Part shown: positions 63,257 through 64,000 of the stretch, in pieces
Layout: every line of letters starts with the position of its first letter
How positions within the stretch are numbered: position 1 is the first letter of the stretch
NCBI RefSeq assembly: GCF_026571515.1
Contig: NW_026856818.1
Location: 62,001 to 126,000 of the forward strand
Length of the DNA stretch: 64,000 bases
Origin: Ruditapes philippinarum
Lineage: Eukaryota
Direction: 5' to 3'
Notes under the pieces: model-generated
Seen by the model: only the letters and a program-made list of their open reading frames with translations
Told to the model about the DNA's origin: nothing
Databases searched by the model: none
Program-made: the position numbers and the translations under genes

Positions 63257-64000
63257 GTAAGTAGCTTTCTTGAACGTATTCGGATAATTACGTTTTTCGG
63301 ACAGTTTTTCTTAAACAAGTTAAAATTGCTAAAACAGTGTATGAATATAAGATGAGGACAAATTAAAAACACTGAATGTATTTTAGAATATGTCTCTGGT
63401 ATTATATGTATATCTTTTGACTGTTTGATATTAATTTTTAGAAGATGAATTTAGACTAATGAGTATTATTTTGAAGTGTCCTATATTATGACACATGTAC
63501 TGAATATTATTAGTTGTATATACAATTTCGTACTGATTTCTTTAATTGTTTATATACACTTATGTGTCATGTTTCGTTTATTTTACTATAATATGAATAA
63601 ATTAACATGAGGAATACAACAACAGTATTAGAGTATAGGACTTTTTTCCAGGATTTTGCAAACATGACCCATGCCCATACCCATGGAATTGGAATTTTTA
63701 CCGATGCCATGTTAAAAATTGGGAAAAAATGCATGACAGAAATTTTGCAGTGATTAAATGAAATTGAATGCAAACAACCACTGTCTAGGATGGCATATTC
63801 AAACATGTCTAGGATGGCATATTCAAACATTTAATCAAGCACAGTACATGTATAACAGTGAAGAAGCCTTTTTTTTAAAGATTTTAGAATAAAATCAATA
63901 TTTTTGTTCATTATTTTTATTTTGTAACTTTTGTTTGGGATTTTTTCCTGTGAATTGGGAAAATAATATACTATTTTCAATTTGGAAATTGACAGAATAT

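Overview
AT-rich, intron-rich animal genomic DNA with two N-gaps. The repeat families and gene content point to a bivalve mollusc, probably a venerid clam (inference). Splice-phase-checked models built by hand give eight genes. (1-2) A head-to-head pair of RING-less B-box/coiled-coil (TRIM-like) paralogues sharing micro-exons; the minus-strand copy splices into a PDZ-domain exon missing from the ORF track, while the plus-strand copy stops at the equivalent point. (3) A GT14 core-2/I-branching beta-1,6-GlcNAc transferase. (4) A 7-exon, ~772-aa unrecognised low-complexity protein with 31-aa repeats. (5) An intronless, signal-peptide-bearing tocopherol-cyclase-like gene. (6) A secreted Tyr/Gln/Pro/Gly-rich protein. 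(7) An 11-coding-exon temptin-domain plus DBH/MOXD1-type copper monooxygenase with a GPI-like tail. (8) Exon 1 of GLOD4. Non-coding DNA is full of MITEs, TTAA-flanked elements, Helentron-like elements carrying satellite arrays, tRNA-derived SINEs, a decayed LINE and microsatellites. The highlights are the secreted animal tocopherol-cyclase homologue and its neighbouring secreted genes, the B-box-PDZ fusion, and two different SINEs stacked at one triplicated target site.
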